Shown here piece by piece: positions 44,052-54,033 of a stretch of DNA of 64,000 bases. How positions within the stretch are numbered: position 1 is the stretch's first letter; each line of letters starts with the position of its first letter. The DNA comes from Dehalococcoidia bacterium. Lineage in GTDB: Bacteria; Chloroflexota; Dehalococcoidia; Lucifugimonadales; UBA3495. Both the position numbers and the translations under genes were made by a program. The stretch spans positions 80,691-144,690 of the forward strand of contig CBDBGS010000003.1 in the NCBI GenBank assembly GCA_965205385.1, in the 5' to 3' direction. Below the pieces are notes generated by a model. That model saw nothing but the letters and a program-made list of their open reading frames with translations, searched no databases and was not told the origin of the DNA.

Positions 44052-44843
44052 CTACATGACAGACCTTACCAGTCCCCCGTCCACCAGGATGGTCGTGCCG
44101 GTAATGTAACTGGACTTGGTGGAGGCCAGGAAGGCCACCAGGTTGGCGAGTTCCACTGGCTGTCCTACACGGCCCAGGGCCGTTTCTGAGGCGCGTTGGG
44201 CCAGGGCTTCCTCTACCGGGATGCCCAGCTCGTTGGCGCGGGACGTGACGTTGGAAAGCATCCGATCACTTAGAATAGAGCCTGGGCACACGTTATTGAC
44301 CAGGATGTTGTCGCGTCCCACCTCGTCGGCCAGGCTCTTTGCCCAGGCAACCACGCCCATACGGGTTGCGCCGGACAGGGCTAGATTGTCTATCGGCTGG
44401 TAGACGGTGCTGGCCAGGATGTTGATGATGCGGCCCCCGCCCTGGTTCCGCAGGTGGGGAAGGGCCTCGCGGGACATCCTCGCGAAAAAAAGCAAAGACC
44501 TTTGGACGGCCACGGCCCACTGGTCTTCGTCGGCGGTGGCTGCCCTTGCGAGCGGGGGACCGCCAGAGTTGTTGACCATGACGTCCAGGCGGCCGAACCG
44601 CTCCACCGTGGCTGCCACCAGGTCGATAATGGTGGAGTGGCTGTCCAGGTCGCCGGGAAATGACAGGACTTCCCCGCCCGTTGCCTCCCGGATTTCGTCC
44701 GCCGCGGTGTCCAAGTCGGCCTTTGTACGGCTGCACATGGCGACCTTGACACCCTCCTGCGCCAGGACATCGGCGCATGCCCTCCCCAATCCCTTGCTGG
44801 CCCCGCCAATGATCGCTACTTTGCCTTCTAATTCTAGCTCCAT
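44052..44843 (-). CDS. SDR-family oxidoreductase
   Basis: [20 protein letters not shown], and a C-terminal ...[14 protein letters not shown]. Confidence 0.85.
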   Translation of the reverse strand: MELELEGKVAIIGGASKGLGRACADVLAQEGVKVAMCSRTKADLDTAADEIREATGGEVLSFPGDLDSHSTIIDLVAATVERFGRLDVMVNNSGGPPLARAATADEDQWAVAVQRSLLFFARMSREALPHLRNQGGGRIINILASTVYQPIDNLALSGATRMGVVAWAKSLADEVGRDNILVNNVCPGSILSDRMLSNVTSRANELGIPVEEALAQRASETALGRVGQPVELANLVAFLASTKSSYITGTTILVDGGLVRSVM

Positions 44844-44992
44844 ATGTGTCCCCCTCTCATGGTCCGATAGGCGGACTGAATTCCGTCCATCTGGCCGCAC
44901 TTTTAATCATGACTCGGCAACCGATTATATCAGCGGTGAAATCTCCGGCCAAATTGGTGGTGTTATACTTGGGCACCTGATGGCGGGAGCCC

Positions 44993-45985
44993 GTGATGAT
45001 TGAGTTGACGCCCGTACATTCCATTCTTCCCGATGATCGTGTCCTCCAGGAGATAGAGGCTTCAGCGGTCAAGTTCGCGCACGGTGTGGGGGAGATCTTG
45101 TCAGGGCGGTTCGGCCGCCAGATTTCCATCGAGTACAAGGACAAAGAACAGCGCGACCCCGTCACCGATGTAGATAAGGCCTGCCAGGAATACCTGACCA
45201 GAGCGATAAGCGCGGAGTATCCGGACCATAGCATCCTTGGCGAGGAAAGCTCCGGCGAAGAGTCAGGGGAGTCTGAGTCTCCCTGTGGCGATTTCCTGTG
45301 GGTGCTCGATCCGCTGGATGGCACGACCAACTACCTCAACGGCTTGCCGGTATATGCTTCATCCATCGGTGTGCTATACAGGGGACGTTTGGTGGCGGGC
45401 GCGCTGTTCATTCCGTGGCCAACAGAGGGCGGCGGGTTTGTGCTCCATTGCAGGCGGGGCGCGGGGTGCTTCGCGGGAGAGAAGCGGGTTGGCGTCCACG
45501 AGTCCGAAGAAATCGTCAACAACCGGCTCGTGGGGCTACCGGGATTCTTCGGCATGGGCACCCGGTTTGGGCCTGGGATGAAAGGCAGGACCGGAGAGGT
45601 CCGCACCACCGGCAGCATCGCCTACGAGCTGGCCATGACCGCCTGTGGAGTGCTGCAATATGCGGTCATAGGCGGACCCAGGATGTGGGACATGGCCGCT
45701 GGGGCGCTAGCGGTCTCAGAGGCGGGCGGCGCAGTGATGACGCGCCTGCGCGGGCAGAAAAAATGGGGTCGCATGGACTCGCTGGTGCCGTCCTGGAACG
45801 ATAGGCCCCCCACTCTAAAGGAGCTTCGCCAATGGGTCGCTCCCCTGGTCGCGGGAAACCAGCACGTGGCCCCTCTGGTCGCTAATAACCTGAAATCCCG
45901 CTTCCGGCCCCTGGTCAGCCTCCGCCGGAATTACCGCCGGGTCAAGTCCCGCTGGGCGCGGAAAAACCCGTCGAGTCCAGGCTAA
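44993..45985 (+). CDS. inositol monophosphatase-family protein
   Basis: ILGEES... and WVLDPLDGTTNY metal-binding motifs. Confidence 0.8.
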   Translation: MMIELTPVHSILPDDRVLQEIEASAVKFAHGVGEILSGRFGRQISIEYKDKEQRDPVTDVDKACQEYLTRAISAEYPDHSILGEESSGEESGESESPCGDFLWVLDPLDGTTNYLNGLPVYASSIGVLYRGRLVAGALFIPWPTEGGGFVLHCRRGAGCFAGEKRVGVHESEEIVNNRLVGLPGFFGMGTRFGPGMKGRTGEVRTTGSIAYELAMTACGVLQYAVIGGPRMWDMAAGALAVSEAGGAVMTRLRGQKKWGRMDSLVPSWNDRPPTLKELRQWVAPLVAGNQHVAPLVANNLKSRFRPLVSLRRNYRRVKSRWARKNPSSPG

Positions 45986-46057
45986 GGGACCGGTCTTAGG
46001 CAGAAGACCAAAACCCGTCTAGTCCGAAAAGTCCGGCGAACTGAACGCTTGCCGCCG

Positions 46058-47230
46058 CTACGCCTGGTCCGGTTCCCAGCCCCAGGGGCGGGGGCCCCAT
46101 CCGGCTTCGAACACCTCGCCTCTTTTCACGGTGACGACGGGGACCACCGCCTTGTCGTGGCGGCGTGAGTCGCCTAGCACGTCGTAGAGCAGCCAGTCCC
46201 CTTCCTCGATTCGAATGACCGAGATGTCGGCCTGCTTGCCGACCTGAAGACTGCCAAGGCGGCCGTCCTCCCCGATCGCCTTGGCCGGGTTCAGTGTGGA
46301 CATGGTGACGACCTGGTCCATCGTGAAGCCCATGGCCAGGAACCGGGTCATCATCTCGGTCATGCTGTGGACCGTGCGCTGCCTTCCCGGAAGGGTGAGG
46401 TCGGTGCTGATGCAGTGGGGCATCAACCCCTGGTCCAGGATGCGTTGGCCCACGTCGAAGCTGAAGTTCCCCCGTCCGTGGGCCGTGTCCAGCCAGACTC
46501 CGCGGTCCCGCGCTTCCTGGGCTTCGGGGACCAAGTTGCCGTTGGCGTCCACCACGCCGCCGGGGTTGGCGGTGAATAGGTGGGTAACAATGTCGCCCTC
46601 TTCCATGATGGGGAGCAAGTCGCGTATCACGTTGGGATCATAGCGTTTCTCGGTGTCGCCGATGTGGACCATCAGCTTGACCCCGGCCTCCCTCGCCGCC
46701 CTCTTGGCCAACCTGGGCATCTCCATGCCCATGATCTCCAGGGCCGGGGAGACCATGCGTGCCTTGATGCCCGAGATGGCGTTGCTTTCGGAAGCGACCT
46801 GAATGGTCTTGTCCAGGTCGATGCTGGCTGGGCTGAATATGTCAGGAGTAGTGGCCAGCCCCGTCCGGCATATATGTAGGAAGCAGATGATCTCCGTGGC
46901 GCTGTTGGGGATGATGTGGCGGGGGAAACCGCCAAAGGTGTCGCAGCCGGAGCTTCCGGCGTCCACCATGGTCGTCACCCCCGCCCGAACACCGCCGAGG
47001 TCGGCTTCCACGCCGTTGCCGTTCACGCCGTCGTAGACGTGGGTGTGGAGGTCGATCAGTCCCGGAAGCACCAGGTTACCCTTTACCTCCAGAACGCGGG
47101 CAGCTTCGTCGGATAAGATATCCGGGGCGACAAGCGCGATTTTGCCGTCTTCCACGGCTATGTCATTCAAGCCGTTGAGACCCTGGGAAGGATCGATCAC
47201 CGTTCCGCCTTTGACAATCAGGTCGTACAT
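46058..47230 (-). CDS. amidohydrolase-superfamily metallohydrolase (dihydroorotase/deacetylase-like)
   Basis: MYDLIVKGGTVIDP...LPGLIDLHTHVY. Confidence 0.8.
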   Translation of the reverse strand: MYDLIVKGGTVIDPSQGLNGLNDIAVEDGKIALVAPDILSDEAARVLEVKGNLVLPGLIDLHTHVYDGVNGNGVEADLGGVRAGVTTMVDAGSSGCDTFGGFPRHIIPNSATEIICFLHICRTGLATTPDIFSPASIDLDKTIQVASESNAISGIKARMVSPALEIMGMEMPRLAKRAAREAGVKLMVHIGDTEKRYDPNVIRDLLPIMEEGDIVTHLFTANPGGVVDANGNLVPEAQEARDRGVWLDTAHGRGNFSFDVGQRILDQGLMPHCISTDLTLPGRQRTVHSMTEMMTRFLAMGFTMDQVVTMSTLNPAKAIGEDGRLGSLQVGKQADISVIRIEEGDWLLYDVLGDSRRHDKAVVPVVTVKRGEVFEAGWGPRPWGWEPDQA

Positions 47231-47250
47231 ATCAGGAAGGACCTCCCGGC

Positions 47251-48204
47251 TTATTTGTCGAACATCTCGCCTATCGACTTTCCCTGATGTATCCGTGCAA
47301 TGGCCTCGCCCAGCAGGGGAGCAACCGATAGGACGGTCAACTTGCCGTTCCGCTTCTCTTCCGGCATGGGAATGGTGTCAGCCACCACGACTTCGCTGAA
47401 GGGGCTGTTGGACATGCGCTCAGGACCTTCACGGGACAATACGGGGTGTGTCACGCAGCAGTAGACTTCTTTGACGCCGCGTTCCACCAGGACTTCGGCG
47501 GCGTTGAGCACGGTCCCGCCTGTGTCGATCTCGTCGTCGAAGGTAAGTGCGACCTTGCCCTTAACGTCGCCGATAACGTTCATGATCTCGGTGGCGTCGT
47601 TGTTGCTGACGCGGCGTTTCTCGATGATCGCCAGGGGCGCGTGCAGGCGTTCGGCCACGTCTCTGGCCTTCTTGCTAATGCCGATATCCACCGCCACCAC
47701 CACCAGGTCGGAGAGCTCTTTGTTGTTGAAATAGTCGGTCAAGATTGGCAGGGCGGTTAGCTCGTCTACCGGGATATTGAAGAACCCCTGAATCTGGCCC
47801 GCGTGGAGGTCTACGGTCAGGAGCCGGTCGGCCCCGGCGGCGGTCAGCAGGTCTGCCACGAGCCGGGCCGTAATCGGCACCCGGGGTTGGTCTTTCTTGT
47901 CGGTGCGTCCGTAGCCATAGTAGGGCACCACGGCCGTAATTCGTCCCGCCGACGCCCTCTTGCAGGCGTCGATCATGATCAGAAGCTCCATCAGGTTGTC
48001 GTTCACCGGCGCGCATGTCGGTTGAACGATGAAGACATCTCTTTGCCGGATGTTTTCCAGAATACGGACGAAGGTGTTGTCGTTGGCGAATTTGAACACT
48101 TCCGCCTGGCCCAGCGGGATGTTCAAGTAATGGCAAACGTCCTCAGCAAGCTGCCGGTGCGCATTGCCGGTAAATACCCTGAGCTCGTCCATCACCGGAA
48201 TCAT
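47251..48204 (-). CDS. prs: ribose-phosphate pyrophosphokinase
   Basis: ...VFTGNAHRQLAEDV...RDVFIVQ...PYYGYGRTDKK...DLHAGQIQGFF...DDEIDTGGT. ATG 48204 follows GAGGG. TTG 48210 and ATG 48192 are alternative starts. Confidence 0.9.
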   Translation of the reverse strand: MIPVMDELRVFTGNAHRQLAEDVCHYLNIPLGQAEVFKFANDNTFVRILENIRQRDVFIVQPTCAPVNDNLMELLIMIDACKRASAGRITAVVPYYGYGRTDKKDQPRVPITARLVADLLTAAGADRLLTVDLHAGQIQGFFNIPVDELTALPILTDYFNNKELSDLVVVAVDIGISKKARDVAERLHAPLAIIEKRRVSNNDATEIMNVIGDVKGKVALTFDDEIDTGGTVLNAAEVLVERGVKEVYCCVTHPVLSREGPERMSNSPFSEVVVADTIPMPEEKRNGKLTVLSVAPLLGEAIARIHQGKSIGEMFDK

Positions 48205-48480
48205 AATCAACCCTCTTGTTACGGATTCCCGGGCCTGCTCTTCCCTGTTCCGATGGGTAAGCGCGATGATCGCCGGAAAGAGCCCGGCGGCCCAAGCGCA
48301 TAGTTGGTGTGTTGGAAGATGATGATGGGGTTTCCACCTTGAGGGGGCCTCCAGCCACAGGTCTCCTCAAGCGGGGCGTGGCGCGAAATTATAGCATATT
48401 GAGACGGGCTTGGAGTATCATAAGCACGATACCCACTACTTTTCCGGGGGCATTCGCTCCCCTTCCGGTGCTATGTATAT

Positions 48481-49659
48481 ATGACCAGTTACGTGGACCA
48501 CCTACAGTGCAGCCAATGCGGAGCCACCTACCCGCACAATCTGGCCAGCAAGATGAGCGCCTGCTGCGGCAAGGTGTTGCTAGCGAGATACGACCTGGCC
48601 CGAATGCGCCGGGAAGTCGACCGGGACGCTATGCCGGGACGCGGCGACACCATGTGGCGTTTCTCGGAATTTCTCCCCGTCGAAGACCCGCAGTACGTCA
48701 TCACCCTCGGCGAGGGCGGGACTCCGCTCCTGCACGCCCGGAATCTGGCCAATGACCTTGGACTTGAGAGCCTGTACGTGAAGGAAGAAGGGCTCAACCC
48801 CACCGGGACTTTCAAGGCAAGGGGAATATCCGCCGCCATATCCAGGGCGTGGGAGTTGGGTTCCACGGGGTTCACCATGCCCTCGGCGGGTAACGCAGCC
48901 GGGGCCGCGGCCGCATACTGTGCCAGAGCGGGGCTGGATATCCGGGTGTTCATGCCACAGGACGCTCCCGACGCCAACCAGAAGGAGTGCCTAGTCACGG
49001 GTTCCCAACTCAACCTGGTGGACGGTCACATCGGTGACGCCGGGCGGGAAGCCGTGGCGGTGTCCGAGGAGCAAGGACTTTTCGACCTCTCGACTCTCAA
49101 GGAACCCTACCGGGCCGAGGGTAAAAAGACGATGGGGTTGGAAATCGCGATGCAGCTCAATTGGAGCCTGCCAGACACGATCATATACCCTACCGGAGGC
49201 GGCACCGGAATAATCGGGATGCACAAGGGTTTCCAGGAGTTGCTGGAGTTGGGGTGGGTGGAAGGCAAGATGCCCCGGTTCATCGCAGTTCAGGCGGCGG
49301 GATGCCAGCCCATAGTCAGGGCTTTTCATAACGGGTCTGAGACTGCCGAGCCATGGGCCAACGCGCAGACAATCGCCGATGGTCTCCGCGTTCCGGGGCC
49401 TTTCGCCGATTATATGATCCTGTCGATATTGAGGGAGACCGGCGGCACGGCTTTGGCGGTAGAAGACAAGGACATGGTCGACGCTATGTACCAGTTGGCC
49501 ACCGCCGAAGGAATCATCGCCTGTCCCGAGGGGGCGGCAACACTCTGCGGTCTGAAGAGGCTTCTCGACGACGGCACAATACGGAAGGATGAGACGGTGG
49601 TCCTCCTCAATACCGGATCTGGTTACAAATACATGCACCTGCTGCAAGGTTCAAATTAG
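48481..49659 (+). CDS. thrC: threonine synthase-like PLP enzyme
   Basis: N-terminal Zn-ribbon-like LQCSQCGATY...CCG and the PLP lysine region NPTGTFKARG. Other ThrC-fold activities cannot be excluded. Confidence 0.65.
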   Translation: MTSYVDHLQCSQCGATYPHNLASKMSACCGKVLLARYDLARMRREVDRDAMPGRGDTMWRFSEFLPVEDPQYVITLGEGGTPLLHARNLANDLGLESLYVKEEGLNPTGTFKARGISAAISRAWELGSTGFTMPSAGNAAGAAAAYCARAGLDIRVFMPQDAPDANQKECLVTGSQLNLVDGHIGDAGREAVAVSEEQGLFDLSTLKEPYRAEGKKTMGLEIAMQLNWSLPDTIIYPTGGGTGIIGMHKGFQELLELGWVEGKMPRFIAVQAAGCQPIVRAFHNGSETAEPWANAQTIADGLRVPGPFADYMILSILRETGGTALAVEDKDMVDAMYQLATAEGIIACPEGAATLCGLKRLLDDGTIRKDETVVLLNTGSGYKYMHLLQGSN

Positions 49660-49705
49660 ACTTCTCGGATAGCGCTTAAATTACTGCCTTTCCAGGAGGC
49701 TCAAG

Positions 49706-50605
49706 GTGGAAGTAACACTCAGTTCGCCCCGGGGTTTCTGTGCGGGTGTCGTCCGGGCTATCGAGGTCGTTGAGATTTGCTTGGAGCGGTACGGCGCGCC
49801 GGTGTACGTGAAACACCAGATCGTCCACAACCCACACGTGGTAACCGACTTGGAAAGGAAGGGCGCGATCACTGTGGAGACTATTGAGGAGATTCCGGCC
49901 GGGTCTCTGGTGGTGTTTTCGGCCCACGGCTCTCCTCCGGAGGACTTCCGCAAGGCCCAAGAGCGGGACCTTAAGGTGATAGACGCCGTATGTCCTCTTG
50001 TTACGCGGGTCCACAATGAGGCAAAGAAGTACCACGGAGAGGGCAAGAAGGTGCTGCTTGTCGGCCATCGGGGCCACCAGGAAGTCCGGGGCACCATGGG
50101 GCAGGTGGAGATGACCCTGGTGAACGACGGCGACGACCGGGAGTTGCCGGAATGGGACAGTGACTCTGAAGTCGCTGTCTTGACCCAGACTACCCTTTCG
50201 GTGAGGGACACAGCCCATGCCATCGATGCCATCCGGGACCAGTTCCCTTCGGCCACGGTGCGCAATGACATTTGTTACGCAACCACCAACCGCCAGGAGG
50301 CCGTCACCGAGATGGCGGAGTCGGTCGACCTGGTGCTGGTTATAGGGGCGGACAATAGCTCCAACTGCAACCGGCTCCGGGAGGTCGCGGAAGCCCAGGG
50401 AGTCCCGTCCTATCTGATCAACGGCCCGGAAGAGATCGATCCCGCCTGGTTGGAAGGAATGGAGAAAGTGGGTATTACATCTGGCGCATCCACTCCCGAG
50501 GTGCTGGTTGAGAGCGTGATCGAGTATCTGGCCCCTGAGAAAGTGACCGTTCTAACCGGGGTGGAAGAGGACGTCACCTTCACCCTGCCCCGAGAACTGC
50601 GTTAG
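49706..50605 (+). CDS. ispH: 4-hydroxy-3-methylbut-2-enyl diphosphate reductase
   Basis: SPRGFCAGVVRAIE, ...DAVCPLVTRVH..., ...ICYATTNRQ... (three Cys ligands), 299 aa. Confidence 0.9.
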   Translation: MEVTLSSPRGFCAGVVRAIEVVEICLERYGAPVYVKHQIVHNPHVVTDLERKGAITVETIEEIPAGSLVVFSAHGSPPEDFRKAQERDLKVIDAVCPLVTRVHNEAKKYHGEGKKVLLVGHRGHQEVRGTMGQVEMTLVNDGDDRELPEWDSDSEVAVLTQTTLSVRDTAHAIDAIRDQFPSATVRNDICYATTNRQEAVTEMAESVDLVLVIGADNSSNCNRLREVAEAQGVPSYLINGPEEIDPAWLEGMEKVGITSGASTPEVLVESVIEYLAPEKVTVLTGVEEDVTFTLPRELR

Positions 50606-50643
50606 GGTCCCGGTCCCCGGTTAACCTGGAATTCCGCGCTTCG

Positions 50644-51687
50644 ATGTCCCCATCGCCGCGGAATTCCAGCGGCCCGCCGGCAGTCAGACGGCTGGCGCTG
50701 TCTTTGCCGACACTGATATCGTTCAGCTTGGCGGCGCTCTTCTTGAGTTTTCTGGCATTCCGGTTTGAAGTCGACCCGGAAGTCATCTGGGTTGAAGTGA
50801 GTTCCAGCCACTGGTGGTACCTGGCGTTAGCCTTCCCCCTGCACTACACGACTTTCCTCTTTCGCGGCGCCAGGTGGCGTTTGCTGCTGCGAAACGTCCA
50901 AGGTGATGGCCAGCCGGCGCCGGGAGCGCTGTACTGCGCGCAGTTGGTGTTTCTGGGCTGGTTTGCGAACTCCGTGGCCTGGCTCCGCCTGGGCGACGCC
51001 TACCGCGCCTATCTCTACCGGGATGAGCAGTCCGCTTCCTTCTCTCGGACCATAGGCACGATTCTCGCCGAGCGGGTGCTGGATACAATACTCGTCACGT
51101 TATTGCTCCTGGCGGCGGTCCCATTCCTGATTCAGGGCAGCGACAGCGCGGCGTGGCCGGTGCTGGCAGTGTCGGTTGCACTCGCCTGCGTGCTATTGCT
51201 GGTAATCGCCGGGATTGGCCTCGCGGGCGGAGTGGCGGCTAGAATCATGCCCGGTTGGTTGGCGGAACGATACGAGAGGCTGCGGGAAGGGACCCGCGGG
51301 GTGTCGAGTGATGTCTTTCCGGTGTCGGCCTGGGGCCTGCTGGGTTGGCTTGCCGAAATAGGGCGATTGTACCTGGTGTCCCAAGCCCTGGGACTGGACG
51401 CGAGTGTACCCCTGGTGGTCTTCATTGCCCTAGCCAACTCCTTGCTCACGTTGGCGCCTACTCCGGGAGGCGTTGGCGCGGTGGAGTCGGGAGTGCCCGC
51501 GCTTCTGGTGCAACTATCTAGCATACCGGTTAGCAGCGCCGCCGCCCTTGTTCTGGTGGACCGGACAATATCCTACGTAAGCGTCGTGGTCCTTGGCGGG
51601 GCGCTGCTCTTGATGAGGCACATTTTCGGACGAAGCCTCCGAGGGCAAGGCCGGGAGATCCGGTCCCGGAAGGTGGAGAAGGTATGA
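50644..51687 (+). CDS. flippase-like/lysylphosphatidylglycerol-synthase-TM-region (UPF0104-type) membrane protein
   Basis: 347 aa, polytopic, with a ...LAPTPGGVGAVE... motif. Confidence 0.6.
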   Translation: MSPSPRNSSGPPAVRRLALSLPTLISFSLAALFLSFLAFRFEVDPEVIWVEVSSSHWWYLALAFPLHYTTFLFRGARWRLLLRNVQGDGQPAPGALYCAQLVFLGWFANSVAWLRLGDAYRAYLYRDEQSASFSRTIGTILAERVLDTILVTLLLLAAVPFLIQGSDSAAWPVLAVSVALACVLLLVIAGIGLAGGVAARIMPGWLAERYERLREGTRGVSSDVFPVSAWGLLGWLAEIGRLYLVSQALGLDASVPLVVFIALANSLLTLAPTPGGVGAVESGVPALLVQLSSIPVSSAAALVLVDRTISYVSVVVLGGALLLMRHIFGRSLRGQGREIRSRKVEKV

Positions 51688-52076
51688 CCGCCGAGGGACG
51701 GGTAATTCTCCACACGGCGAGCTTCTACGCTGCCGACGATTGGCGCGGGGTCCGTTACCGGGTATCCCGGGGCCACCCTCGCGGACGTAAGACCGATTGG
51801 GAGGCCCTGCCCTTTCTGTACCCGGCCCGGGAACTCCTGGTGGCGTACCGGGCGGGCATTCTAGACTTCGAAGGGCTATCCCAGGAGTATTTGGCGGGCC
51901 TGGAGGAGCAGAACCGGGGGTCCAAGCAGTTCCGGCAATGGCTTGAAACAGTCCCATCGCTGGGGGAGTTTACCCTGCTCTGTTTTGAAAGAGCCGGGGA
52001 GAATTGCCACCGGCGGGTCTTGGCCCAGTGGCTTCTGGCAAATGTGACGGGACTGGAACTTGGTCACATGCGGTGA
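51684..52076 (+). CDS. DUF488-family protein
   Basis: ...FTLLCFERAGENCHRRVLAQWL... is typical of the DUF488 C-terminus. The ATGA start overlaps the upstream stop. Confidence 0.65.
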   Translation: MTAEGRVILHTASFYAADDWRGVRYRVSRGHPRGRKTDWEALPFLYPARELLVAYRAGILDFEGLSQEYLAGLEEQNRGSKQFRQWLETVPSLGEFTLLCFERAGENCHRRVLAQWLLANVTGLELGHMR

Positions 52077-52128
52077 TGCGCCGCGCCTTATCAACCCCGT
52101 CGAGGCAGGATTGGAGGGCTGCGCCGGT

Positions 52129-53145
52129 CTACCATTCGGAGCGGGGCGGCCGCTCCATCAACTCTACGATTGCGTCGCGGGGCGAAAGCCCTTCGAACAG
52201 CACCCGGTGGGTGGCCTGGGCTATGGGAAGTTCCACGTTCAACTCCGCGGCCATCGCCAGCGCGGACTTGGTGGTGTTCACACCTTCGGCCACGTTTTTC
52301 ATTGAGTCCCTGATTTCAGGCCATGAGCGGCCCTGCGCCAACTGCTCTCCCACGTAGCGGTTGCGGCTCAACCGGCTGGCGCAAGTTGCGATCAAATCTC
52401 CCAGGCCGGCCAGCCCGGCGAAGGTCAGGGGATGGGCTCCGGCGGCTATGCCGAGGCGGGTAATCTCGGCCAGGCCCCGGGTGATGAACGCGGCCTTTCC
52501 GTTGTCACCGATGTTCAAGCCATCGGCGATTCCCGCCCCCAGGGCAATTATGTTCTTCAACGCACCACCCAACTCCACGCCGGTAACGTCATCGCTGGTG
52601 TAGACGCGGAACGACGGCGACATCAATACCGCCTGGGCATGTTCGGTCATGGCCGCGTCCCGGCCCGCCACCACCGTCGAAGCGATCTTGCCGTCCACGA
52701 TCTCTCTGGCGAAATTCGGGCCTGAGAGGGTGCATATCCCGTCGTGAAGGTGTGGGGGCAGGGATTCTTCCATGACCCGGCTCATCCGCTTCCCATCGGG
52801 CCATTCCAGCCCTTTTGCGGCGTTGAGGAGGACGGCGCCGGGCGTGATGCTGTCCCTCACAGCTTCCAGGTTTTGCCGCAAAGTCGGGGACGGCACGGCG
52901 AGGACCAGCATTTGAGCGGGGGGCACCGAGTCGGATACGGAAGCGGTCACGCTCATAGCATCCGGGAAGGCCACCCCGGGGAGGAAACGCGTGTTTTCGC
53001 GCTGCGAACCGAGCAAGTCAGACTCTTGCTCGTTGCGGACCACCAGGTCGACGGGAATGTCGTTTCGCGCCAGGATAATGCCAAGGGCGGTGCCCCAGGT
53101 GGTTGCGCCGATGACCGCGACCCTTCCCTGAGAAGCTTGGGTCAT
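52129..53145 (-). CDS. gpsA: NAD(P)H-dependent glycerol-3-phosphate dehydrogenase
   Basis: VAVIGATTWGTALG, ...GALKNIIALGAG..., and synteny with plsY and der. Confidence 0.9.
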   Translation of the reverse strand: MTQASQGRVAVIGATTWGTALGIILARNDIPVDLVVRNEQESDLLGSQRENTRFLPGVAFPDAMSVTASVSDSVPPAQMLVLAVPSPTLRQNLEAVRDSITPGAVLLNAAKGLEWPDGKRMSRVMEESLPPHLHDGICTLSGPNFAREIVDGKIASTVVAGRDAAMTEHAQAVLMSPSFRVYTSDDVTGVELGGALKNIIALGAGIADGLNIGDNGKAAFITRGLAEITRLGIAAGAHPLTFAGLAGLGDLIATCASRLSRNRYVGEQLAQGRSWPEIRDSMKNVAEGVNTTKSALAMAAELNVELPIAQATHRVLFEGLSPRDAIVELMERPPRSEW

Positions 53146-53313
53146 TGGAAGTGTTTCAATCCTGGAGCTTCTCCGGAGCTCATCATTGCCATGTCTCCCT
53201 CAATGAGAGGGTGCTGGTGAGGGTGGAATGCCCGTTGATAGCCAGAGGCCGCGCCGTTGGTAACAAGCGTCCGTCCTCTTCCAGCGGGACAGGCTGCTCC
53301 GCGCTTCTGAGGA

Positions 53314-54033
53314 TCAGTTGGTCTTGGCGGCTGGCCTGCCCAAGCGCCGCTCGTTGCCAGCCAGGATGCGTTGGATGTTGTCCCGGTGCTGCCAGATGAT
53401 GATAGCGCCCCCCACCAGGGTATACGCGGCGTAGGCCGGAGAGTATTTTCCCATCCAGGCTAGGGCGGAGGTAACCAGGAAGGCGATGATAACCCCGATA
53501 ATGTTGCCTAGGGACACGTAACGGCTGATGAGAGTGATCACCAACATGACAGCCGCGGCTATAGCGGCCACCGGAGGGGCGATAACCCACAGGCCGCCAA
53601 ACGCGGTAAGAATGCCTCTCCCGCCCCGGAACTGCAAGAACACCGGCCAGTTGTGGCCCGCCAGGGCGAGCAACCCCGCGATTACTTCGCCTTCAGTTGC
53701 GCCAATCACTTGTCTGGCCAGAAAGACGGACAAGATACCTTTCCCCATATCCAGCGCTAGGACCAGGGCGGCTACCTTCACGCCCGCCGTCCGCAGCACG
53801 TTGGTCATGCCGGTGCGCCCGCTGCCCTGTTCCCGGATGTCCACTCCTTCGCGCCAGAGGATCATCATGTATCCCCACGGGATGGAGCCCAGGAGATAGG
53901 AGATGGTGAGAACGGCGGCGTACCGGGCTATGGGGGCCTGGTGCGGCATCGTGAGGAGAGCCAAGACGACGGCCGCGGCGATGACCGGCAGCACCGTCAG
54001 AGTGAATACGAGGGGTGTAAGGCGGAAGATCAT
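53314..54033 (-). CDS. plsY: glycerol-3-phosphate acyltransferase PlsY
   Basis: YLLGSIPWGY..., GSGRTGMTNVLR, ...GHNWPVF...GGRG. Confidence 0.85.
   Translation of the reverse strand: MIFRLTPLVFTLTVLPVIAAAVVLALLTMPHQAPIARYAAVLTISYLLGSIPWGYMMILWREGVDIREQGSGRTGMTNVLRTAGVKVAALVLALDMGKGILSVFLARQVIGATEGEVIAGLLALAGHNWPVFLQFRGGRGILTAFGGLWVIAPPVAAIAAAVMLVITLISRYVSLGNIIGVIIAFLVTSALAWMGKYSPAYAAYTLVGGAIIIWQHRDNIQRILAGNERRLGRPAAKTN

Noticed and set aside
48211-48480. Possible riboswitch in the prs / thrC-like divergent intergenic region
   Set aside because: It contains one 8-bp inverted repeat (CCTTGAGG...CCTCAAG). I could not match it to the SAM, TPP, PRPP/ykkC, glycine or cobalamin consensus cores by eye, so it needs an Infernal scan before any claim.
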